From: Lama guanicoe
Taxonomy: Eukaryota
Assembly (NCBI GenBank): GCA_013239625.1
Contig: MU054187.1
Location: 10,809,231-10,873,230, forward strand
DNA length: 64,000 bases
Direction: 5' to 3'
This document shows positions 10,897 to 22,519 of this stretch, piece by piece. Made by a program: the position numbers and the translations under genes. Each line of letters opens with the position of its first letter. Position 1 is the stretch's first letter. A model generated the notes under the pieces. It did no database searches. It had not been told where the DNA came from and was given only the letters and a program-made list of their open reading frames with translations.

Positions 10897-13800
10897 GTGA
10901 GAGGAGATGTCTTCTAAGATTCTGAGTATTTTAATCATTTAAAGGTAAAGGGAAAAAATCAGGTGCATGATTTTGATGAAATAACATAGCAGTTTTATAT
11001 AGGAAGTTATGTTTCACATAGGATAAAAATTAATTTCTCTGTTTTAAAATTAGATTTTTATTAGATTTGCTTTTAGATTTTCTTTCCTTTACATCTAATA
11101 TTATCATATCTTTGCTACTAAAACCAAATAGAGAAATAATTTCAAGGACATAAACTGTCAGTCAAGACCTACTGTAATAGGGACAGGCACATAATACTGG
11201 ACAGAACTTACTGTATTATTGGTCTGACTGTTAAGCATTGGAGAGAACTTCTGATGTACCACCAGCGAGATCTCGTTATTCAACAAGAAGAAAACCAGCA
11301 AATGTGTGATAGACTATGCTAGGTGGCGTCAGATGCAATTTATAGAGAGAAACCTTGGTTTAGAACCATTTTAGTTTCAAGTTAATAACTGTGATTGAAT
11401 GTAATTATTTACATTTTCTATGTTTAATTTTTGAAATTATTTTTGAAACTATTATGATTTGTGAATTTGAAAGTTAGTAATTCATTTTCTCAGCCCCATG
11501 TTGCTCAAAATGATATCAGAAGATTTGTCTTAAATTTCAAAATACTGGTAGAAGTAGGGTAAGTTTGAAAATGTGTAGATCATATTTTTTAGAGAAAGAA
11601 TATTCAGAATAGCCACTTCTTACAATACTAACTGCAGTGAGTAAAGTTCAAAACAAAAATAAAAACTTCCACAAGGAGATTGGAGTGAAAAAGCGTTACG
11701 GAGGCATGTCTTAAAAGAGATTGAGAAAAAATACTAATAAATTGAAATGTGACAGGAGTGTTTCTGTGAGTGTTATTAGCTGACCACCACAGAAGAGTTT
11801 TTCTTACGCGTAGCATAGCCACAGTAACTTTGTATTTCCTACGTTAAATTTAGCAGTAACCAATAACTACTCTTTCTCAAGGAGAAAATTGTATTTTCTA
11901 CAGTGTAATAGCTTTCAGGGGCTTTTCACTTTGACTTATCACTTGGCTAGAGGGAAGGAAATTCAGAATACCCGTTAATGTGCTTCGGGCATCTAGAAAA
12001 TTGATTCTATTTCCATGCAAAATAACTTTTAAATTATTTAAATAGTTGAAGCGTACTGTATCAGGAGCAAGAAAACCATTCTGAAAAATCCATTTGCCTT
12101 CTTTTGTGAAATGCCAGATCAATTTCACATGTCAATTGAAGGTGATTTTATTTTTAATACTAGACTTATGAAACCCACTAGACCTTTATCTTTATTCATT
12201 GCCGGATCTTTAGTTCTTAAATGTAAAATACAGAAATGTCAGCTTCTATTTTGCTTTCATTTCGTCATAATAATAAATAGGAACTATTTACTGCAAATGT
12301 TAGTGCTTCTGTTTTCCTCCTAGCTTCAGTGATCTCGTACTCCCTCTTGAATGTCCAGTAAAAGAGAATCTATCCTGCAGTCCTAGTTGGATCCCTTACG
12401 CAGAGAACTCAGTCCATGAAGATCTCTGTCAAATACTTGTTTTGAAAGTTGTTTTTAGGGTTTTTTTTAAACTCTGTCTTTATGAATTGATACATTACCT
12501 ATGAAGTGAAGCAAGTGGTGAAGTCCTGCCCAGACGCCCCATCAGAGCAGAGGGAACGTATGCGATCTGAACAAACGGAGCTTAACAAACAGAGTAGAGT
12601 GTGGGCAGGAAGCTGTATCCCATCTTCTAATATAAAACCAGAATTTCTGAATTTATAACAGGAACTCACATAGCATTAGATTTAATTTGGGATGAATAAG
12701 AACAGATTGGGGAGCAGTTCTTTAATGACTCAAGTCTGTAACTAGAGTAGTAGCTTTACCCTTAAATAGTAGTAATCTTGTCCTGTAAGTTAACAGCCCA
12801 AAACATCAATAGACTAAATGATAGTAGAGACTCCTGAAAGAGGAGATGTAATTTTCAAGGGTGACTTCTGTTTTTCTCTCCCCTACTGTGCCTGGCTGAC
12901 TGCTGTTGTCAGTAGGCATCTGTTACGTGAGTGAAGGAGGCCCAGAGAAGGCTGTGAGTAGACATCTTACAAATAAAATTTATTTATAAGGATTGTTTAT
13001 AGTCTGTCTTAACTTTTTATCCCTTTTCCTGTAATGGATTTCCTGTTTATTAATGGCTCAGTCTTCTTTGAGTGGCTCTTATTACAGCAGTCCATCTGTA
13101 GTGCACAGCCAGCTGCTCCTTTTGTTCAGAATGATACACACGTGATAGGCTGGGCTTCCACCACTAAATCAGAGAGGATGGAATAAATGGTGTGATAAAC
13201 CTTGAGTCTTAGGGGCAGACATTTACCGGCCATCTTTCTCTGGAACTTTTTTCTTTTTAATGATACACCTTACCTGAACTTTTTTCCTTGGGTGCTGGAA
13301 ATACTCCATTTGTGTGTAGAGGGTCAACAACTTCAGTACATACATAACTTGTCTAGCCTTTTAGTGGGCAAGCACAAATGTTCATTGCACATTTAGACTT
13401 ATTAAAATGACACATTGATAATGTAAATAAAAATTGAGTTAATAAACCTGTATACTTCTTTTTTAAGCTATCTTCACTGGACGTTGTAATAGCTGAGTAA
13501 TAGATTTCCTAAAATTACTTGCTGAATTATAATGTGAATTTTAAAATAAGCTTATCAAACCTTGAAAGCCTAATGAAGCTCCTCTAAGCTGAACCACTTT
13601 ATTAAACCAAGAATAATATCAGTAAATATTATAGTTGCTGTGAATGGGCTCTGTTTGTTCAGTGAGCATTGTTATTAGATGGTAAATATGCCATAAAACA
13701 AATAGAAAATGTTACAACTTAGAAATATATATTAAATATTAAAAGCTGAATTCACTTCCCATTCAGAAGTGTTCCTCTTCATTAAAGCTCATAATTGCTT

Positions 13801-15639
13801 CTGATATTATCAGTTAACAAACTCTGGAAATGTTCCCCTCCTCTTAGAGCCCCTCTAATGGCAGCAAGAGACAAACAGTGAACAAGTGAATATACCCATT
13901 AATGCCCTAAGTTCAAGTAGTGGTGAGTGGTATGATGGAAAGTGACCAAGAACAAGAAAAAAGAAAACAGATGGAGGGTATTCTTATAAGAAGTCCAGGA
14001 ATAAAGAAATAACCTTAATATTGTCTAATTTGGGGCCATTGTGGACACTTTAGAAAATATGAAATGCATATGGCAGAGACTAAATCAAACTTAGTAATTT
14101 AGGAATATTCTAACGTGCAAATTTTAAGCACAAAGAATATTGATCAAAAATGAATTTACCAAAGTAACTGAAGAACAGAAACTTTAAAAATATCTAAAAC
14201 ATATAAAAATTGTACCTTATGACTCACATATTTGTCTTTAAAGCTAAAAAAGGATATAGCTTAACCATATGTTTCAGAATGTTGATGAGATGTTTTTTGG
14301 TATGTTCAAAATTTGTTCTCATTTGTTTAGGAATTCATTTATTTATCTAGGAAATACATATCCTAATTCAAGTAATTATCTTATGAAACACATTGCTAGT
14401 CATCCCTGGACTCCTAGACTTACAGGTGGACTCTTACCATTAGAGAGGAAACATTTTGGATTTAATCAGTGTCTAGTTCTTGTAGCGCAGCACTATCTTC
14501 ATGACCAAACCATGTATTTTAATGAGACTAAAGAAAACAACACTTGCTTCAGCCTTCGTGAAATGACCTTGGTCATTGTCAGCTGATGAGGGGAGTTATG
14601 CGTTTATTATCTACCCTTTGTTTCTCGTCGTTCACATTTCAGTCTGTTAATTTTTCCTTCCTTTGTTTCACTGCCAGTCTTTCTATTTCCCTGGATTTTC
14701 ACATTTCTCAAGTTGGAGGACTTATCCTATGTCTACTTAAATTAATTAATTCTTATTTTATTTAATGTGTTAGAAAAATGAGGTTCAAAAAGAGTGAAAT
14801 ATTTGTTAAATATTTACTGAGCCTTAACACAAGGTAATGTGCTAGGTACAGGGTGAGACCAATATGAAAAAAATACCTTAGATTCAGAGTACTTGCTTTA
14901 TGTGAAGAGAATGACAAGGAAATATGTCTTATTTCTGCAGCTTGGTACACAAAACACCTTCTACATAGCAAGCACTTAATAAATGTCAGCTAAATTTATT
15001 TTAAAAACATCATATCTAGACATGTAAAGAAAAAAGGGCTCTTTTGCATAAATCAAAATGCAGCAATTAAATGAAACTCTTTGTGATCTCTTCAACAACC
15101 TGGGCCTTAATGCAAAGAGAACCCTTTAATTTCTGATTACAGTCAAGAGAAAGGGCACAGATTTTCCTGCTAGGCTGCGATGGTGAACTGAACGAACTTG
15201 GGAGATAGGTCAAGAGAGGAATCATCCAGTTTTCCACCAGCGAGAGCACGTGGGGCCAGATAAAACTAATACCAGCCCGTGTTTAGAATCAGTGTGAAAC
15301 AAAATGGAGCAAGATCAACCCCCCTGGAGGAGGGGAGTCCGGGGGAGGAGGGCAGATGGTCAGAAGGAGGCCACCCAGTGGGAGGGCATGGAGGGGACGG
15401 CCACTTCAGACTGTCCTTTTCCAGCTGATCCTGGTTTAGAACTTAACGCCTTAAAGCAAAGCAAAATGGGGTCCTAGAGTGTATTAACACCACACTGGAA
15501 TACTAGCTGCTGTTTATTTTTTCATAAGGCCTCTTTTTGATTTCCTTTCTCTGTATGTGGCATGTGGGATGCTACTGCTCAAGAAAAGACAGGTAAATAT
15601 CTGGGATGCTGCCCATGGTCTTCTTTGAACTTATGATGA

Positions 15640-15852
15640 TATTAATTACCACTTAGTAGGCTGCTCTGTGTGCTTTTCGTATCTTAACCCATTTCATCCT
15701 CGTGAAAACATTATTGTTACCGCTATTTCAAGAGTAAGGAAACTAAGTCCCAGAGTAGTTACATCCCTGTTCTAAGACTGGGTAGTTACTCGGTGACTGA
15801 GCCAGTCTGTCTTGCTCCAGATTCTGTCCTTAAATGCTTTGCTATGCAGCCT
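15640..15852 (-). mobile_element. MIR SINE
   Basis: catttcatcctc...attattgttaccgctatttcaagagtaaggaaactaagtcccagagtagtt...cagtctgtcttgctccaga. Confidence 0.75.
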
Positions 15853-16078
15853 TCTTCAGGGAGGAGCTCTAAGACTCCTGTTATCATTAAGATGTAGATT
15901 CAAAACCTGTGCTCTGAGAAAGACCCCCAAGCCCCACCTCTTCCCACTCACTCGCCACTTCTCTGCATCAAGACCCCTACTTCCCAGTAGCGGCAGGGAC
16001 TGCTTTTCTCTCTGGCGGTGCAGTGTTCACTCCTGCAGTTCACAAGCTGCAGAGCTGGAGAAGAGGCAGCTGTGATCC

Positions 16079-16239
16079 TGGGCAGAAGAACTGAGTAGAC
16101 ATTTTTCCAAAGAAGACATGTAGATGGCCAGTAGACACACTAGAAAGATGCTCAGTGTCACTAATCATCAGGGAAATGCAAATCAAAGCCCCAGTGAGAT
16201 ACCACCTCACACCTGGCAGAATGGCTGCCATCAAAAAGA
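16079..16239 (+). mobile_element. Isolated L1 ORF2 C-terminal fragment
   Basis: Encodes IIREMQIKAPVRYHLTPGRMAAIKK, the canonical L1 ORF2 C-terminal motif. No 3' UTR or poly(A) follows. Confidence 0.9.
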
Positions 16240-16719
16240 TGTCTTTTTCCTCATACGGTGACATTTGCCATTGTCTTCCTTTGGACAGTAATATAGAAAG
16301 AAATCATATTATAGAGAAGAGAAGAATTTTGGGACAGTTTGAAAAACTGTATGGTTGCCACATGGACATGTAAGTTTTCCAGTCAGACACTGTCTTGGGA
16401 GGTTGGGGGAGGGGAGAGAACCGTGAAAGACAGCTTTCATCCGAAGGAGGCTGGCTTTATCACAAGGACACTTTTCCAAGATTCCCAAAGACCCCTCTTA
16501 ACTGGAAGACACTGAGAGACATTTATATGCCGATTCTGGTCTCATTCCTCCTCCTGCCCCATCCTACCCCCAGATCTTGGCAGCATGATAAGACCCGTGA
16601 GACGTGTATTTTACTTACAAAAATTAAAGTTTTCTTTTAAAAAATTTCTCCTTATAGTATGGTAATATAGTTATCCCATTACATGTGTTTTTCTTGACAT
16701 GACATTTGTTTTGTAAGTC

Positions 16720-16880
16720 AGAGAACTTCACATAGCAGTCTGGACGCCGCTTCCTCTGAAAAAATTAGAAAAGCCACTAACAGTGGGGGCCTTAATTCCC
16801 ACATGGCAGCAATTGTTAGGAACCGGTTAGCGTTTCCTCCCTGAAATGGGGCAGGAGTTTCAGTCTGCCATTTTCTTCAC
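16720..16880. mobile_element. hAT-Charlie fragment (MER102-like)
   Basis: aacagtgggggccttaattcccacatggcagcaattg...ggggcaggagtttcagtctgcca. Confidence 0.5.
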
Positions 16881-17099
16881 ATATACCCATCTAGGAGATT
16901 GCTAATGAGGTACCAAAGGATGTCTCAGAAAGAAGACAGTCAATATTTCTATTACCCTTGGGGAAAATTTTACTGATATGTGCATAAATTTGCAAAGCAA
17001 AATACTTGAGTGAAAATTTGTTTGTAGATTTTCTTTAGTTACCACAGCTAACCCATGATGTCATCACCATTGAAAATTAACATTTAACTATTTCTTCAG

Positions 17100-17266
17100 T
17101 TTAAAGGTGGAGCCCAAGACTAAAGGATTAAAACAGCAGCAACAGCAGCATAAGAAACTTCTGGCAGCAATGCTCTCTCAAGATTCTTTTGAGTCTGTCC
17201 ACAGCCCTACCCCATCTGTAACAGAAGAAGATATCGATAATGAAGATGATGCAATGGAATTGATGG
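17100..17266 (+). CDS. C8orf34: C8orf34 next internal coding exon, 167 nt, phase 2 in / phase 1 out
   Basis: Acceptor tatttcttcag| and donor G|gtaatt. AG+T completes Ser, then [55 protein letters not shown]. Phase matches the preceding exon. Confidence 0.95.
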
Positions 17267-18449
17267 GTAATTCTAAAAACTAATAATTTCTCTTTTCTTC
17301 TCTGGCATTGTAAAAGTGTGTAGTGGTTAAAAGATTTTAAGAGGTTTTCAGTAGTTTTGTGTTAGTGGAAAGAAAAATTTAACACATACTTAACATTAGA
17401 CTTTCATGGAGTTGCATGTAAGAATTAAGTTGAAGTCACATGAGCATGTGAAGTATTTATCAGACTGTATTTTGTGCTTTGTACATGCAGCACTTACCTT
17501 CTGACTGTTTAGTCAAGCTTTATTCTGCGTGCAGTGATGATACAAATTCAGGTCTGTCCACCTTATTCTCCGATTATGACTGCCTTAATCGTATCTTTTG
17601 TCTATAAAATGTATCCAGCATACAGATTTCAGCCTTCATTCTAAGTTGTTTTCCTGTTCCAAGGATGGTTTAGAAAAATGAGTTAAATTTAGAGGAACAG
17701 ATAGTGAAATTAATGTTTTTCTGTCTTCCATAAATGACAGGAAACTTTGCAGAGATTTCAGTGTTTTTATAGGTTCCTTACTTTCATGAAAACCTATTGG
17801 TGTTGTGTATGTAAGAAATCCTTTTAGATCTTTTAATGAAGTAAATGTATACTTTTGTTTCATCAGAAATCTCTGCATAAAAGTTTTTTTTTAATTGAAC
17901 TTCCTTTTGTAAAACCATTTTTTCAAAAAAGGGAAGGAAATTTGATTTCAGAGAGAGTGGTCTGCATATACAGCAGTGGGTTTTCTAATTCAGTGACATT
18001 AGCTCTTCTCTTCTAACTAATTAGAACAGTTTTCAAATACTTTGTAACAATATACTAGAAAGTGAATAAATAATAAAACCACTCGAATGCTTCAAATAAA
18101 TTTAACAAAGGAGCCCCAGAATATATAGATTTGTTTAAATTGTTTTTTTTTCAAAACAGTCTTCCTGGGTTTTAAGTGTTTATGGCAGTAAAATGCGATC
18201 ATAATAAATGATATAAGCCCCCATGCATAAGCGTCATTGGTGGCAGGGTCACTGCTACTTTCTGATGTTGTAACTGCATTCATTCCAGCTTTGAGGAGAC
18301 TGTGTCATGGGATTGTCACTTCATGCTGTTCATCTTTTTTTTTTTCTCTTCTAAGGACAGTTAAGTCTGGGTGTTTATTAAGGAATCTTATCTCCCTGCC
18401 TCCAAATCATTAATGTGGCAGATGTGCCAGATGTTGTGGTGGCGCCCTT

Positions 18450-18760
18450 CATTCAGCTTCCATTCAACAAACGTTTACTGAGCACTTACGATGTGCTAGG
18501 CACTGGGCTTGGTCCTGGGGATGTAAAAATCATCATGATTCCTGTTCGCAGGAACTTTACATTCTAGTGTTCAAGATGAAATTGTAAATACATCACTCTA
18601 ATAGTTTTTGTACAGGTGCTACTGTGGTTAAGCATGCAGTTGTACATAGAAACAACATCTAACGCAGAAGTGGGGGATGGTGACTAGGGAATGTTTCCGA
18701 GAAACCGATGCCTCTGGTAAGTGCTGGAGGACAAGTACATGTAGTTCAGCAGGCAGAGTG
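18450..18760 (-). mobile_element. L2 3' end
   Basis: cattcaacaaacgtttactgagcacttacgatgtgctaggcactgggc. Confidence 0.8.
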
Positions 18761-21700
18761 TGGTCACTATCCCTGTAGGTCTTCTGTTGTAGGAATGGAG
18801 TCTTGCAGTTACGCTCCATGACTATGTCTGTAAATTGTTCCTTTGCTTCAGTCAGTAACAATGAAGAGGACAAGTCTTGAATGGTGACTGTTAATGGATG
18901 TTGCCTGTTTAACATCAGTGTTGGTGTGTTGGTGCACTGACACTGGATTGTGCCAATATCCCTCTCTCTCCTTCCTTTCCTTTATGTGACAGTTCATTGG
19001 TCAGTTGGTAACCCACATGAAGGCAGTTAGACTCTGTCTTGCAAGGAGAATCTTTTGAAGGAATCCAAGCATTCTCGGAATCACCTTGGGATTCGTGATA
19101 ACCTTAGGAGTGTCTAGTCAGATTGGAGGAACTCATATCACTTCAGTAGTATCAAGGGATTCTTCGAGGAGACTCAGGTGTCCACTCAGCGCTGGCATCG
19201 CTAGATCTCAACCCCTCTGTTCTCTGTGTCTAGTCTCCCAAGCTGAAGACCAAAAGGATTGGGTTTTGGAGACTCCCTAATGTGATAAATTAGTAGTTAT
19301 TCGTCATTATTATTTTTTTTCCATTTAGACATTTTAGCTTGTCTGAGCAAATTTAAGAATGAGAGATAGTTGGATGTTCGACTTTCTCCATCTGATTCCA
19401 CGTATGTGAGCACAGGCTGGTGCTGTGCTAATGCTGGTCTCTAGGTTATGAGATTTCCCTGCAATAACATGGAGTGTTCCAAGTCCACTGGGCTATCCCC
19501 TAAAATAATGCCATATGAACCCTGTTGCCTGGTTGTCTCAGTAAACAAAGGTCATATAACAGAAAATTCTGTCCAAAAATTTTTTTGCCAAGGAAGTTCA
19601 TCAATTAAATAAAATATTATTTGGATATGAAATATGTTTGTCTTTAAGGCCCTAATACTCCTACCCATTAATATTATTCAGTTATTTAAAAAATATTTAT
19701 TTAAAATACAGACTCACCGTTTTCTTCAAAAGTATATAAGTTCATGGCTTATAATGTTACTTATGCCTTTAACTAAGGTAATGACAGTTCGTATCTTACG
19801 TGAAGTTGAACAGATGAATAGTTTCAGTTAATGCAAAAGTTAAGACTTTCAGCCATGATATAGTAATGGGTGGATATGTGAAGTATGGCATAAAATAAAA
19901 TGCTTGTTAAGTTTCTCCATTTTCAAAGCTGATATCTTCAATAGGCATGTACGTCTCGATTAATATTCCATTGGTTTTCAAGTCCTACATTAATCAATTT
20001 ATGCAACACCACTTAATCAATTTAGAAACTGCATAATGTTTTATCTTCCTGGTCCTTTTAATATTAGGTTTACATCATTATGTTTATTATTAAAGAATTT
20101 TAAGACAATATTTTTGAAATTTGGATGCCAGAGAAACACAAGTGATTGTATCTATTTGAGGAAAATTCAAATGCTGAGTTCTTGAAGATTTATTTGGAAA
20201 TCAAATTTTAGTTCAAGAAGTCATTGTAAAATGCAGCAGACACATCTGGTATTTAAAATATCTTCTTGAATCTACACATTGTTTAGAATGAATTTGCTAT
20301 TGCCTATGTATTTTGAGGGTTTAACTTGCCATTGTCTATACCAGGTGTAACTGGCCGAAAATTGTATTTATTATGCATGGGAAGCAGTCTGTACACTTTG
20401 TGAACTGATAAATAGGTAAAAAGCATAATTATTAGTTAACATTCATATAAGGATTGATTCTTCCTCAGTAAAATTGGTTGATTTGAAGGGGGAAAAAACT
20501 TTTAGTTGAACTAGTAAAAATTAGTAAAACTATTGACTTTTGTTTGTTAAGGAAGCTAGCTAGCATTGTTAATGCATATTGATTAATACTTAATTCTTCA
20601 CAGTTGTTTAATTGTGTATTTGTGGATTTCTTTTCTAAGTGTACTGGGCATGTGAAAATACAATACAGCATCCATAATTTTTAAGTAGGTCAAGTATTTT
20701 CTGTAATTGCTTTAAATACTACTTATAAATCCATGGTACAAAAATAGTTTAATGTGGAATTTATATATACCAGAAAATAAAACATCCAAATTTGTGGAGT
20801 TTTAAGATACAACAATTGTAAGCACCTCTGAAATTGGTGCTGTAATTACTGAAGATACTGAGTAAGATATTTGCCAGTTCACCTCAAACTAAGTAGTTCT
20901 CAACTTCAAATATAAGATAGTCTCAAATATTTTAGTAATTATGTTGGAAATTGATCACAGTGAATAAAATTATAATCTTTGTCTTATTTTTGAAAGTTAT
21001 TAAGTCAGTAATTTTTCAAAAGTGAAAAGACAAATTACAATGGAGCAGTAAGAGATATTTTACACCGTTAATTTTCACAGAAAATTTGAAGAACTTCACT
21101 AGTTTAAAAGATAGCTCAGCTTGTAAATGTGAGTCCACTTTCATTGTATTTCATGGATTTTGAAATTTTATTTTTGATGAAATCCTAATTGCAATTATGT
21201 TTTTATTATTCTCAATATAATTTTTACTCATTTTAAAATGTCATCAAATTATTTGAAAGCTACTTCACATTTTAGTATAGGACATTACATTAAAAAGGTT
21301 TTTTTAGATTTTCTCAGAATTGATGATGAGGTGCAAGTATCTAAAAATCACATTCCAGAGATGCTGAAAAGGAAAAACAGCATTAATCATGCTTTATACT
21401 TCCTAGTCTTATTTATAATCATATAAAATTTAAAACTTTATTACCATAAACAAGGTGCTTCGTGCCATCATTGCCTGTACAGATGCCAAGTGAGCTTGGG
21501 TTTAAGGGTGGTCTGAGTGGAGTTGCACAGTGCTTGTCTGTCTGGATTATAGTGCAAACATTTGAGAAAATCCGTTCTTTCCTTAAGCAGCTGTTCATGC
21601 ACCAGCTATGTGACCAGGACTAGCACGTATTAATACACAGCACTAAGAATATTGTGCCCTTTGTTTTTCTAATTGCCTTGACCTCTTTAGGCTTTGAAAG

Positions 21701-22519
21701 AACAGAACAGTGAATCTTGTGAATGCTGGCGTCTGAATAGAATGAAACGTTTTTTAGGTCTTTGTTTTAGCTCTCAATTAGTACATTAATTTATTCATAG
21801 GCTTATTAATTTCTCTACTTATAAAGTGATTCTGCACATTCCTGGGAGTTCAGATTTGCACAAATACAGACATGTTTCATGAACTGTTAAAATACTTAGG
21901 GATGATTCTCAAGATTTGGTTTGCTTAATAATCATAAGAAGGTTATTTAAGTGCCAGTTCCAGTGGCCTTTACCCGAATTTTTGTTTCGTTAGATTTGGA
22001 TACAGCCCATGAAACAACATTTTTCATCAGGAATGCCCTTCTTCCTGTCCTTCAAGAGATTCTGTTGCAGGTGATGTGTAGAACATACAACGAGAAACTC
22101 TAATGTTAGTGGATATGAGTTTTGTTTGGTGTGGTAGATCCTGAAGCAAAAGGAATAAAATATTAGAAAGTCTACTTTTTACAACAGAAGGAGCATGGAA
22201 TAGAGATTTCTGAGTTAACTGAATTCTTAAATTGTCTCCTGTAAATACAGAGAAGTCTTGCTAATAACTAAGAAGCTATGGGCAGTGCAGTTTGTATCAC
22301 CTTATTATTTCTGTCTTCCTTCTTGATATTATATTTACAGGAACACTTGAAAGATAAACTGCTTAGGGTAGAAAAGTTACTTGTTAAATGACTCTGGCAT
22401 AGATCTAAGGACAGTGTACTAATGAGCTTCTGTTTTATCATATTATCACATTAAATCTGTTTTTATTGAAGTATGGGTGATTTACAATGTTGTGTTAGTT
22501 TGATGTGAACCATGTTTAA

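Noticed and set aside
10720..10938. 72-aa minus-strand ORF in the track
   Set aside because: It is the antisense shadow of the real + strand C8orf34 exon.
11314..11332. CTCF-like GCTAGGTGGCGTC
   Set aside because: The 5' CCAS part of the core is missing; too weak without data.
15325..15400. G-quadruplex candidate
   Set aside because: The G-runs are split by a loop of more than 25 nt, so there is no canonical four-tract motif.
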